From a virus (taxonomy: Duplodnaviria; Caudoviricetes): a stretch of 26,908 nt of DNA. Positions 1 through 6,635 of this stretch are shown here, one piece after another. The translations under genes and the position numbers were made by a program. Within the stretch, counting starts at the first letter, position 1. Each line of letters opens with the position of its first letter. Below the pieces are notes generated by a model that saw nothing but the letters and a program-made list of their open reading frames with translations, was not told the origin of the DNA and did not search any database. The DNA lies in IMG/VR virus record IMGVR_UViG_3300009602_000068, positions 1 through 26,908 of that record; one strand, given 5' to 3'.

Positions 1-290
1 GGCGTAACGCTCACGCTGCCAAGGGTCACGCCTGGGGCAACGCTAGAAGCCACAGCTACAGCTGCTGCTGGCGTAACGGTGACGCTGCCAAGGGTCACGC
101 CTGGGGCAACGCTAGAAGCGATAGCTACAGCTGCTGCTGGCGTAACGGTGACGCTGCCAAGGGTCACGCCTGGGGCAACGCTAGAAGCCACAGCAACGGC
201 TGCGGCTGGCGTAACGGTGACGCTGCCAAGGGTCACGCCTGGGGCAACACTAGAAGCCACAGCTACAGCCGGGTCTGGCGTCACGGTAAC
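1..290. repeat. 69-bp coding tandem repeat (4 full units plus a partial; 23-aa unit TPAAAVAVASSVAPGVTLGSVTV)
   Basis: Units start at 1, 70, 139 and 208 (ggcgtaacggtgacgctgccaagggtcacgcctggggcaacgctagaagc...), with a degenerate start at 277. Confidence 0.95.
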
Positions 291-356
291 ATCTACAGCA
301 GCAGCAGCTGCAGCTGTGCTAAATGGTAGACTTGAATAAGGAGCTACCGAAAACAT
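1..356 (-). CDS. Ala/Val/Thr-rich tandem-repeat protein, probable fibre/virion protein (runs off the left edge; absent from ORF track)
   Basis: ATG at 356 preceded by AAGGAG just after the stop of the 368..868 gene. Reads MFSVAPYSSLPFSTAAAAAAVDVTVTPDPAVAVASSVAPGVTLGSVTVTPAAAVAVASSVAPGVTLGSV... with no stop to position 1. Same strand as its neighbours. Confidence 0.8.
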   Translation of the reverse strand, partial: MFSVAPYSSLPFSTAAAAAAVDVTVTPDPAVAVASSVAPGVTLGSVTVTPAAAVAVASSVAPGVTLGSVTVTPAAAVAIASSVAPGVTLGSVTVTPAAAVAVASSVAPGVTLGSVSVT

Positions 357-367
357 AGAAGCTCCTT

Positions 368-868
368 TTAATTAGGAATAGCTAACGCGCCCTCAACCGT
401 TACGCCTGGATCGCTTGCCCGCAATGCGTCAAAGTCTATAGCAACGTTCTTTATTGTTTCGCGGGTTGTGGCTGCGGCTACTTCTGCCTCTGCTTGTATC
501 TGGTGCGCCACAATTAGCTTTAGCCAATCTAGCAGGGTTCTGATATATGCGGCCCGGTTGGTAAGGTTATCTAACAAGCACTCTGTCAACAGCATATGTA
601 GCGCGTCACGCCTGCCCTGTGCATACCTGCCCAGGCTAAAAGCCAGAGATAGGTTGTAGAGATGCAACTTTTTCCTGTCTCGCATAGGTGCCAGAACGTG
701 CGTTTCCTCGTCTGCTTCATACGCTGCGGCTGCTGCTTCTAGTTCCGCTTGCCCTACAGCGCCTATCGTTAGCTCACCGGATGCTATGCTACACTCTGCC
801 CCGGTATTGCCCAGGATCAATAAGAGGCTTTGCAGGTTTTCGCCAGCTGCCCACGGTATGCTTGCCAT
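368..868 (-). CDS. hypothetical protein, possible tail fibre assembly/chaperone-like
   Basis: 166-aa helical ORF tightly packed downstream of a fibre-like gene. Function inferred from position only. Confidence 0.55.
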   Translation of the reverse strand: MASIPWAAGENLQSLLLILGNTGAECSIASGELTIGAVGQAELEAAAAAYEADEETHVLAPMRDRKKLHLYNLSLAFSLGRYAQGRRDALHMLLTECLLDNLTNRAAYIRTLLDWLKLIVAHQIQAEAEVAAATTRETIKNVAIDFDALRASDPGVTVEGALAIPN

Positions 869-875
869 AGAGTTA

Positions 876-1658
876 CTACCTTATAAGAGCCGCACTAAAT
901 TTAGGCTGGAAGCGTCCATCACTAACGAGCGTCGAGTAGCTGCTAGTCCCGTCGGCTGCTGATGCGTAAACGTTGAAATAAATATCATCATCTGGTGACG
1001 CGCAGTAATAAAGACCACTGACAACGCCATAGGTTGTATCTTCGTTGTTATCTACGAATTCCACCTGAACAAAAGCAGACGCTGCTGTGGTGCCCGTCGC
1101 TAGCATTGGCCATATGCGCGCATGGCCCATAGCGTCGTCATTCTCAGCACCGATACTGGCACTTATAAAATAAAGCCCGGTCTGTTTTAGGGTTATTTTG
1201 TTGTTTGTTGTGTCAAGCACAACAGCAGAGCCAACAGCGGCAAAGCCTGGGGCTGCTGTAGAATCAAAAGTGATTTGATTCATTGCGCCAGCCGTTAGGC
1301 TCTGGCTACTGGTCTGGACCATTTTGCCGCCGCTGCCGATACCGTGCAGCGATTCGCCAGCTGGATAAGTACAGAACACGGTAGACGTGCCAGCAAGCGT
1401 TATCTTGCCTGGGCCAACGACCGTTGAATCCAAGACGGTGTCGCGTGACAGCGTTGTTCCGCTGTGCGTATAGGTGCCGACGCCGACCTCCCACGAGGTG
1501 CCTGATTCAATCGCGTAATAGGTCGTGTTACCGTCGCCAATATCCGCAAAAGTCTGAAAGCCACTTACAGCAGACCCTAGCGTTATCGTGCCAGTGCCTG
1601 TGGTCGCGGTTTCGACTTTTATGCGGTCATAAACAGCTGTGACGTTATGCGCTGGCAA
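876..1658 (-). CDS. virion/tail-fibre-like protein with possible C-terminal C1q/TNF-like beta-sandwich
   Basis: N-terminus [27 protein letters not shown] resembles common phage structural domains. C-terminal ITFD...[15 protein letters not shown]...FSAALI pattern resembles C1q-like heads. Confidence 0.6.
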   Translation of the reverse strand: MPAHNVTAVYDRIKVETATTGTGTITLGSAVSGFQTFADIGDGNTTYYAIESGTSWEVGVGTYTHSGTTLSRDTVLDSTVVGPGKITLAGTSTVFCTYPAGESLHGIGSGGKMVQTSSQSLTAGAMNQITFDSTAAPGFAAVGSAVVLDTTNNKITLKQTGLYFISASIGAENDDAMGHARIWPMLATGTTAASAFVQVEFVDNNEDTTYGVVSGLYYCASPDDDIYFNVYASAADGTSSYSTLVSDGRFQPKFSAALIR

Positions 1659-1661
1659 GGT

Positions 1662-2117
1662 TTAGCTTTCTGATATTTTAATTTCGCAGTCGGCTAAAGT
1701 AATGGACTGCCCGCTTGACACTGACCTGTCACTGGTTAAATCCCAGTATATCCAGATTTCACGATCTGCCACGGTGCCGTCATCGTCTACTAAACACGCA
1801 TACCGGGCACCGCCCCCGCTAGCAGGGATCGAACCACCGTCAGCCAAAAAAACAACGTCTTTAATTTTCAGGCTGCCAAAGTTGCCGCTATCGTCCTCGC
1901 TGATAGTGTCAAAGTCTGTAGCGTTTTTGGTCAGCGAATAGCCGCCCGTTGTATAGCCATTGCCTGCGGCTATCTCTGTTAAATCGCTAGCAACGTTGCT
2001 ATCACTGTCGGGGCTGCTGGCGTCAGTAAAAAGCATTAAATAAAAATTGGTTGGCAAAGATACCCCGCGCAACGTCTCCAAAAGTCTCATTTTCCCCTTG
2101 TTGGTCCAGCCTGCCAT
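1662..2117 (-). CDS. phage virion structural protein (minor tail/fibre-associated)
   Basis: 151 aa with YLMLFT...EIAAGNGYTTGG...DLTSDRSVSSGQSITL pattern typical of small beta-rich phage tail-associated proteins. First gene of the left structural block, with AGGGG RBS. Confidence 0.6.
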   Translation of the reverse strand: MAGWTNKGKMRLLETLRGVSLPTNFYLMLFTDASSPDSDSNVASDLTEIAAGNGYTTGGYSLTKNATDFDTISEDDSGNFGSLKIKDVVFLADGGSIPASGGGARYACLVDDDGTVADREIWIYWDLTSDRSVSSGQSITLADCEIKISES

Positions 2118-2231
2118 AAGTTTATACCCCTATAGAAAAAGGTTTTTGTTTGCTGTGGCTCATTGTTACGATAGCCGCTTACAATGTAAAGACCGATTGC
2201 CGGGGCGGGCAACCGTAAATGCCGGGGCTTT
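2118..2231. promoter_or_regulatory. divergent intergenic region with overlapping promoter-like elements
   Basis: Minus strand TTTACA(2190-2185)-17bp-AACAAT(2167-2162). Plus strand TGtTACGAT and TACAAT -10-like boxes. Inverted repeat cattgt...acaatg at 2161-2186. Confidence 0.4.
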
Positions 2232-2498
2232 ATGCGTCATAAGATCGCAGGCAAAAACTATAAAATCGTCATCGACGCCCGCCTAAAAGACGCGCACGGT
2301 ATTTGCACGGACCCCGCACGGCCCAGGCCAACGATTAAAGTAACACGCGGGCTATCTGAAGCCGTCTTTTTGGAGACAGTCTTACACGAAGCCTTGCACG
2401 CCTCAGCCTACCAGCTGCTAAGTGAAGGGTTCGTCTCTGAATGCGCCGCAGACTTAGCGGGGCTGCTCTTGAAGCTGGGGTATAGTCGCAATGGCTAG
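2232..2498 (+). CDS. small HExxH zinc-metallopeptidase-like protein (SprT/ImmA-like motif)
   Basis: HGIC...IKV...LETVLHEALHA motif. 88 aa, overlapping the start of the next gene. Confidence 0.65.
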   Translation: MRHKIAGKNYKIVIDARLKDAHGICTDPARPRPTIKVTRGLSEAVFLETVLHEALHASAYQLLSEGFVSECAADLAGLLLKLGYSRNG

Positions 2499-3168
2499 AG
2501 TTCTGGTAATTGGCGATACTCACTGTCCCGCAATGCGGGACGATTACGTTGACTTTTTGCGTGCCCAGCGTAAGGCCTGGAAAACCAATGTAACGGTTCA
2601 TATCGGTGACCTTGTAGACTGGAATATGCTAAGTTTTCATGAGCGAGACCCCGCAAGCGACTCTGCCGGGCTGGAATATAAAAAAGCATTGGCACAGGTT
2701 AAGACACTGACTAAGGCTTTTCCAAAGGCCGTTTGCATGACTGGCAATCACGACTGCCTGCCACAAAGACAAGCGGTAGCTAATCAAATACCGTCTATGT
2801 TAATCAAGGCACCCGGCAAGATATGGGAAACGCCCGGTTGGAATTGGCGGCCCCGCTATAGCACCTATGATATCGACGGCGTTAAGTATTGCCACGGCGA
2901 CAGAGGCAAAGGCGGCATTATGGCAGGCCTCAAAAATGCCAAAGAAAACTTCCACAGCTGGGTGCAAGGCCATACGCACTCGCAAGCGGGCGTCTGGTGG
3001 TTTGCTAACGAGTCCGCGTGTGTCTTTGGCATGAATACCGGAACGGGCGTAGACCAAAAGAAGGGTATGTTTTACGGACAAAAGTACAACGCCCGCAGCA
3101 TCGTTGGCTGTGGCGTTGTACTAGAAGGGGGCAAAGAAGGGGCCTTCTTTGAGCCTATGCAATTGTGA
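2491..3168 (+). CDS. calcineurin-like metallophosphoesterase
   Basis: All five motifs present: GDTH, GDLVD, GNHD, HGD and GHTH. Confidence 0.9.
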   Translation: MARVLVIGDTHCPAMRDDYVDFLRAQRKAWKTNVTVHIGDLVDWNMLSFHERDPASDSAGLEYKKALAQVKTLTKAFPKAVCMTGNHDCLPQRQAVANQIPSMLIKAPGKIWETPGWNWRPRYSTYDIDGVKYCHGDRGKGGIMAGLKNAKENFHSWVQGHTHSQAGVWWFANESACVFGMNTGTGVDQKKGMFYGQKYNARSIVGCGVVLEGGKEGAFFEPMQL

Positions 3169-3355
3169 CAAAAGCGTTAAGCCCTACAGCTGCTGCCATC
3201 TTTAAGACTGTATCCCATGTAGTGTCTGTTTTCTCGTTTTCGGCATGACTCCATGCCGCCTGGGTTATGCCTGCCTTATCAGCTGCCGCCTGTTGCGTCA
3301 TGCCTGCGGCTAGTCGGTAGCCTGTAATCTTTTTTACTGCTTGGCGTTTTGTCAT
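3155..3355 (-). CDS. XRE/Cro-family helix-turn-helix protein
   Basis: RLAAGMTQQAAADKAGITQAAWSHAEN is a canonical HTH_3 pattern. Start overlaps the PolX stop (TAATG). Confidence 0.88.
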   Translation of the reverse strand: MTKRQAVKKITGYRLAAGMTQQAAADKAGITQAAWSHAENEKTDTTWDTVLKMAAAVGLNAFVTIA

Positions 3356-3885
3356 TACATGCCCCAGTGTAACACGGTGTCGGTACGGTCAGTTGGTTCA
3401 ACGAATTCTAACCCCAGGGCTGCGAATATGCTTTTCTCTTGCGTTGCCTTACAGATACGTTCGTCACGGTTTTCACGTTCCCATAGACCATACTGATTCA
3501 ATAAGTACCCGCGACGTTTGGCAATGCAACGCATCATAATGTTAAACTGCCCGCTACCAGTGCAGAACAATAGAGCCGCGCCCATTGACTGGGGCAGCAC
3601 GTCAAAAACGTTTATCTGCACGCCCTCGAATTCTCCGAACCGCTTAGCGCGATCAGGGCGAGTAGAGCACCACCCGAACAACGCGCCAAGCTGCTGATTA
3701 AGCTGCTCTTGGCTTCTGCGGCTGCTGCAACGAACAGCCATATCTATGTCCCCTACGGTTTCCTTTTCGCGTCTGATGCTGCCGCCTATGACACAGCGTA
3801 AGCCGCTGTTAGCTTGCAGCTGGTCGATTAAACGGGCGGCTATCGCTTCTGCTTTTTCTCTGGGGATTCGTTTGCCTTTACTCAT
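3355..3885 (-). CDS. polX: minimal DNA polymerase X family protein (palm and thumb only)
   Basis: GGSIRREKETVGDIDMAV nucleotidyltransferase motif, GAALLFCTGS..FN..MR..AKRRGYLLNQYGL and EKSIFAALGLEFVEP.DR are PolX/Pol beta signatures. Confidence 0.9.
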   Translation of the reverse strand: MSKGKRIPREKAEAIAARLIDQLQANSGLRCVIGGSIRREKETVGDIDMAVRCSSRRSQEQLNQQLGALFGWCSTRPDRAKRFGEFEGVQINVFDVLPQSMGAALLFCTGSGQFNIMMRCIAKRRGYLLNQYGLWERENRDERICKATQEKSIFAALGLEFVEPTDRTDTVLHWGM

Positions 3886-4267
3886 TGGTTTGCCTTTCTG
3901 TTTCCAATATTACTGCCGGTAATCCCTTTAACACTTTCAGCTCGCTGCCGCGTCGCGGCTCAATGCCCTCCTCCACCATTCTCACGATAGAGTCGACTTG
4001 CCAGAGTGCTGGAAGCTCGTAACACCACGAACAATAATCAGCTAGCGTCATAGCCGCGACAACTCTAGACATATCGCCCGCCGTAACCCGTCGCCGGTAG
4101 TCTTTAACAACGTCGTCCGGCGCGTCGGCGTGCCTTTCTATTAAATACTTGTTTCCGTCTTCGTCTTCGCCGTCTTTTAGTCGGCGGAATATAAGCCCGT
4201 TTTCGTCTTCTGGGTATGTTCCAAGACGTTCTATAGCTGTTCGCAATTGTTTGTAACTTCTGGTCAT
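3878..4267 (-). CDS. hypothetical early protein (start revised to MTRSYKQ at 4267)
   Basis: ATG directly behind the repeated CAGGAGATCGAGACC leader. Confidence 0.7.
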   Translation of the reverse strand: MTRSYKQLRTAIERLGTYPEDENGLIFRRLKDGEDEDGNKYLIERHADAPDDVVKDYRRRVTAGDMSRVVAAMTLADYCSWCYELPALWQVDSIVRMVEEGIEPRRGSELKVLKGLPAVILETERQTNE

Positions 4268-4286
4268 GGTCTCGATCTCCTGTTGG

Positions 4287-4592
4287 TTAGTGGTGTTGGT
4301 TAGACAACGCGGCAGCATGACGCGCCGTTGCGTATTGTTCCAGTTCTTCGGTCAGGAGCAGCCGTTGCTTCCAAGATGAACCGAGCAAACAGCGATAAAA
4401 GAACTTGCGTTGTTTAACCATGAAACGCCATCTCTTTTTAAGGTCTTTTTCGACTTTAAAATATTCCCTGATTCGCGGCCCGTACCGCTGGTCCCAAAGT
4501 TTAGAGCCTTGATTGCCTGTAATCCATTTAGGGAAAACTGTACGAATATGAAAATCGTCAGGCGGCTGTAATATTCGTTTGCCTTTACTCAT
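4287..4592 (-). CDS. hypothetical basic early protein (start revised to MSKGKRILQ at 4592)
   Basis: ATG directly behind the repeated leader. First 20 nt identical to the polX 5' end. Confidence 0.65.
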   Translation of the reverse strand: MSKGKRILQPPDDFHIRTVFPKWITGNQGSKLWDQRYGPRIREYFKVEKDLKKRWRFMVKQRKFFYRCLLGSSWKQRLLLTEELEQYATARHAAALSNQHH

Positions 4593-4620
4593 GGTCTCGA
4601 TCTCCTGTTGGTTAGGGGTT

Positions 4621-4968
4621 TTAAGATTGCAAAAAATACTCGCGGTTAACCGTTCCGTCTGCGCGCAACCATTGCCGCGCGCCGCCAATGCCTAGGATTC
4701 CTTGCCGCGTAGCAACAGCCATAACCTGAACGTCGGCGGGTATTTGGTCCGGGTCAGCATGGTCGATAAGTGTAAACTTATGGCTACCATAACTGTTCGC
4801 GATATACCTTGGCTGACCATCTCCAACAGTCGCCAAAGACTCTTTACAAAACGCCTCTAATGCTTGGTAGTAAGGTTCGCGGTCTGTCATTGTTTTTGCC
4901 TTTCGGTTAGGGTTGCTGGTTAGTTGGTCGGCTTCTATGCGTTGTTGCGTTTTCGTTACTTTACTCAT
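4621..4968 (-). CDS. hypothetical early protein with two in-frame leader-associated starts (4968 MSKVTK; 4890 MTDREP)
   Basis: Type A leader before ATG 4968 and type B leader before in-frame ATG 4890. Confidence 0.65.
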   Translation of the reverse strand: MSKVTKTQQRIEADQLTSNPNRKAKTMTDREPYYQALEAFCKESLATVGDGQPRYIANSYGSHKFTLIDHADPDQIPADVQVMAVATRQGILGIGGARQWLRADGTVNREYFLQS

Positions 4969-4994
4969 GGTCTCGATCTCCAAAAAAAGGGGGG

Positions 4995-5192
4995 TTATTC
5001 GTTAATTTTAAGGTCGTCTAAGTCTGGGCAAATCGTTTCGTTCGGCGCTATTACAATCGCGCCTTTTTTAACGTGGTGTTTCACCCACTGGCGCGCCGTT
5101 TCTAGTAGTTCGGTGCTTCGCGTGATTTCTTCGACGTTAAAAAGTCGGCTAACGGCGTGGTCGACTGTTACGAAAGTTAAGTCGTTGGGCAT
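4995..5192 (-). CDS. hypothetical early protein (65 aa)
   Basis: ATG behind leader variant CAGGAGACCGAGACC. Confidence 0.7.
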   Translation of the reverse strand: MPNDLTFVTVDHAVSRLFNVEEITRSTELLETARQWVKHHVKKGAIVIAPNETICPDLDDLKINE

Positions 5193-5243
5193 GGTCTCGG
5201 TCTCCTGTGTTTTTGTTTAGTGCTTGTTTTTTGCTTATCATGT

Positions 5244-5531
5244 TTACGCAATATCCAGGCTAGCCACTTCACTAGAAAACGCGGCGATGATTTCAAAAGC
5301 AGCTTTGGCAAAATGCTCACTATACGCCCCTTGCATCTTGCCCACAGCCCTTGCCCCCTGGCAATCTGTGGCAGAATCAAAAACAAAAGAGAACTTCTGC
5401 CATTTCGTTTTCTGGCCGCTCTTGATAGCCACCTTGCAATTGAGGAAGCCACCATTGAAACTAGCTATGATTCGCTCATCATTTAGATGCTCTATTAACT
5501 GTTTTTGTAACGCTGTCCGATTTTTACTCAT
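5244..5531 (-). CDS. hypothetical early protein (95 aa)
   Basis: ATG behind leader CCAGGAGATCGAGACC. Confidence 0.7.
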   Translation of the reverse strand: MSKNRTALQKQLIEHLNDERIIASFNGGFLNCKVAIKSGQKTKWQKFSFVFDSATDCQGARAVGKMQGAYSEHFAKAAFEIIAAFSSEVASLDIA

Positions 5532-5561
5532 GGTCTCGATCTCCTGGGTTAGGGGTGTTGG

Positions 5562-5873
5562 TTAGCTGCTTAGCTGCCCGTTGCTATCAATCGTTAACGA
5601 TTGGCCAATAAAATGGTCTTTGCTTTTTTTCGCTGCGTTAAAGATTGCAATCTTCGCTTCCCTCTTAGTGCGAACTATCGCTACTTCCGTACCGTTCGCT
5701 AGATAAACAATAAAACCAGTGACGTGATAAGCGCTGTCTTTGGTACGCATTGAACAGCGCCCCAAACGCCCTAGCTTTTGGCTGCTTCCCTCGCCTTTTA
5801 GACTTATGGTGGCGAACCAGGGCAGAAGGTTTTCATCGGATTCGCTGATAACGATTCTTTTTTTTCCGTACAT
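5562..5873 (-). CDS. hypothetical early protein, first of the array (start likely MYGKK at 5873; alternative ATG at 5906)
   Basis: ATG behind type B leader CTAACCGAAAGGCAAAAACC, immediately downstream of a promoter. Confidence 0.65.
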   Translation of the reverse strand: MYGKKRIVISESDENLLPWFATISLKGEGSSQKLGRLGRCSMRTKDSAYHVTGFIVYLANGTEVAIVRTKREAKIAIFNAAKKSKDHFIGQSLTIDSNGQLSS

Positions 5874-5916
5874 GGTTTTTGCCTTTCGGTTAGTGTTGTG
5901 TCTCATAACTTCACTT

Positions 5917-5944
5917 ATTGTAACAACATCGGCTACCCATGCAA
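5917..5944 (-). promoter_or_regulatory. sigma70-type promoter driving the small-gene array
   Basis: TTGCAT(5944-5939)-16bp-TACAAT(5922-5917) with extended -10 TGn and an AT-rich upstream tract. Confidence 0.65.
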
Positions 5945-6062
5945 GATAAATCTACTTATTATGAGAAAAAAACCCAAAGTTTTCACACTACAAAACAAGG
6001 GGTTTTGTTGAGATGCCGAGAATTGGCCCGGTTTTTGTTCGGACAAACCGACAGATAGCCCG

Positions 6063-6635
6063 TTAGTTACCAGGGGGCTTCTCTGCTTCCATAATCCGTT
6101 TATGCCTGCGCCGCAGCTGGGCGGGCGTCATACTTGGCCCCGTGTGGTAATGGCCCAGCGGCACAGCTGCCGGGGGCTGCGTGTGATACCGTCGCCAGTA
6201 TTCACAGATAAGCAAAGCGTCGGCTATGGCGTGCGTGATTTTAAGGTCGGGCCATAGCTCCTGGGCCTTGGCTTTGTGCTGGTTCTTCTTCTTCGTCTTG
6301 GTTACTTCTTTTGACGTAATCAAGCCTAGCGGCTGCTGCCATTTACGAGGTAAGACGCGCTCTAAGGGGATGCCATGACAGACTACGGCAGACTCTGCGT
6401 TACCATAAGCCCGGCCAAACGTGAAACAACTAGCCACGCCCTGCCCTGGGCGACTGGCTACCTTTTCAAGTGCGCAGCTTTTTAGCTTGCTAAGGCTTGC
6501 CAGTTCTGCGAGTAGGTCTGATAAGTCAGTAAGGGTAGCGGGCATTTTTACGGCTTCAGTCTTTCGCTGTTGCCCGTCGTCTAGCGTCCAAGCAATACCG
6601 CCGTTCACGCCTGGGTCTATGCCGATGTAAAGCAT
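6063..6635 (-). CDS. RuvC-like Holliday junction resolvase (phage type)
   Basis: YIGIDPG..GGIA, ALEKV..RPGQGVAS.F.FG..YG, PRKWQ and ADALLI motifs. Confidence 0.88.
   Translation of the reverse strand: MLYIGIDPGVNGGIAWTLDDGQQRKTEAVKMPATLTDLSDLLAELASLSKLKSCALEKVASRPGQGVASCFTFGRAYGNAESAVVCHGIPLERVLPRKWQQPLGLITSKEVTKTKKKNQHKAKAQELWPDLKITHAIADALLICEYWRRYHTQPPAAVPLGHYHTGPSMTPAQLRRRHKRIMEAEKPPGN

Larger units (their letters stand above)
4265..5552 (-). repeat. dispersed start-associated repeat type A: (CTAACC(AA)CA)GGAGAYCGAGACC-ATG, 5 copies
   Basis: Copies at 4265-4290 and 4590-4615 (26/26 identical), 4966-4981, 5190-5207 and 5529-5552. Each ends exactly at a start codon. Confidence 0.93.
3883..5893 (-). 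repeat. dispersed start-associated repeat type B: CTAACCGAAAGGCAAAAACM-ATG, 2 full copies plus 1 degenerate
   Basis: 4888-4910 and 5871-5893 are 22/23 identical. Shorter GAAAGGCAAACCAATG at 3883-3898 precedes polX. Confidence 0.85.

Noticed and set aside
79-339. Plus-strand 86-aa repeat ORF in the track
   Set aside because: Shadow of the minus-strand repeat gene, which has an ATG, an AAGGAG RBS and operon context.
3878-4983. Longer track starts at 4318, 4688 and 4983 giving shared QQEIETM peptides
   Set aside because: The shared peptide is just the translated leader/RBS (CAGGAGATCGAGACC). True starts are the ATGs directly after it.
4268-5537. GGTCTC (BsaI/Eco31I) site in every type A leader, suggesting a synthetic Golden Gate construct or a methylation switch
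   Set aside because: All copies share one orientation within a naturally degenerate motif, and there are no vector parts. Nothing links the phage methyltransferase to this site.
4265-5552. Dispersed 16-26-bp repeats as a CRISPR array or integron attC sites
   Set aside because: Spacing is 224-376 bp and filled by whole genes, and the repeats end at ATGs and are not palindromic. No cas gene or integron integrase is present.
5986-6050. Small hairpins ACAAAAC/GTTTTGT and CGGTTT..TGT/ACAAACCG downstream of the resolvase as terminators
   Set aside because: Stems are weak or lack a following U-tract on the coding strand, so they cannot be supported as intrinsic terminators.
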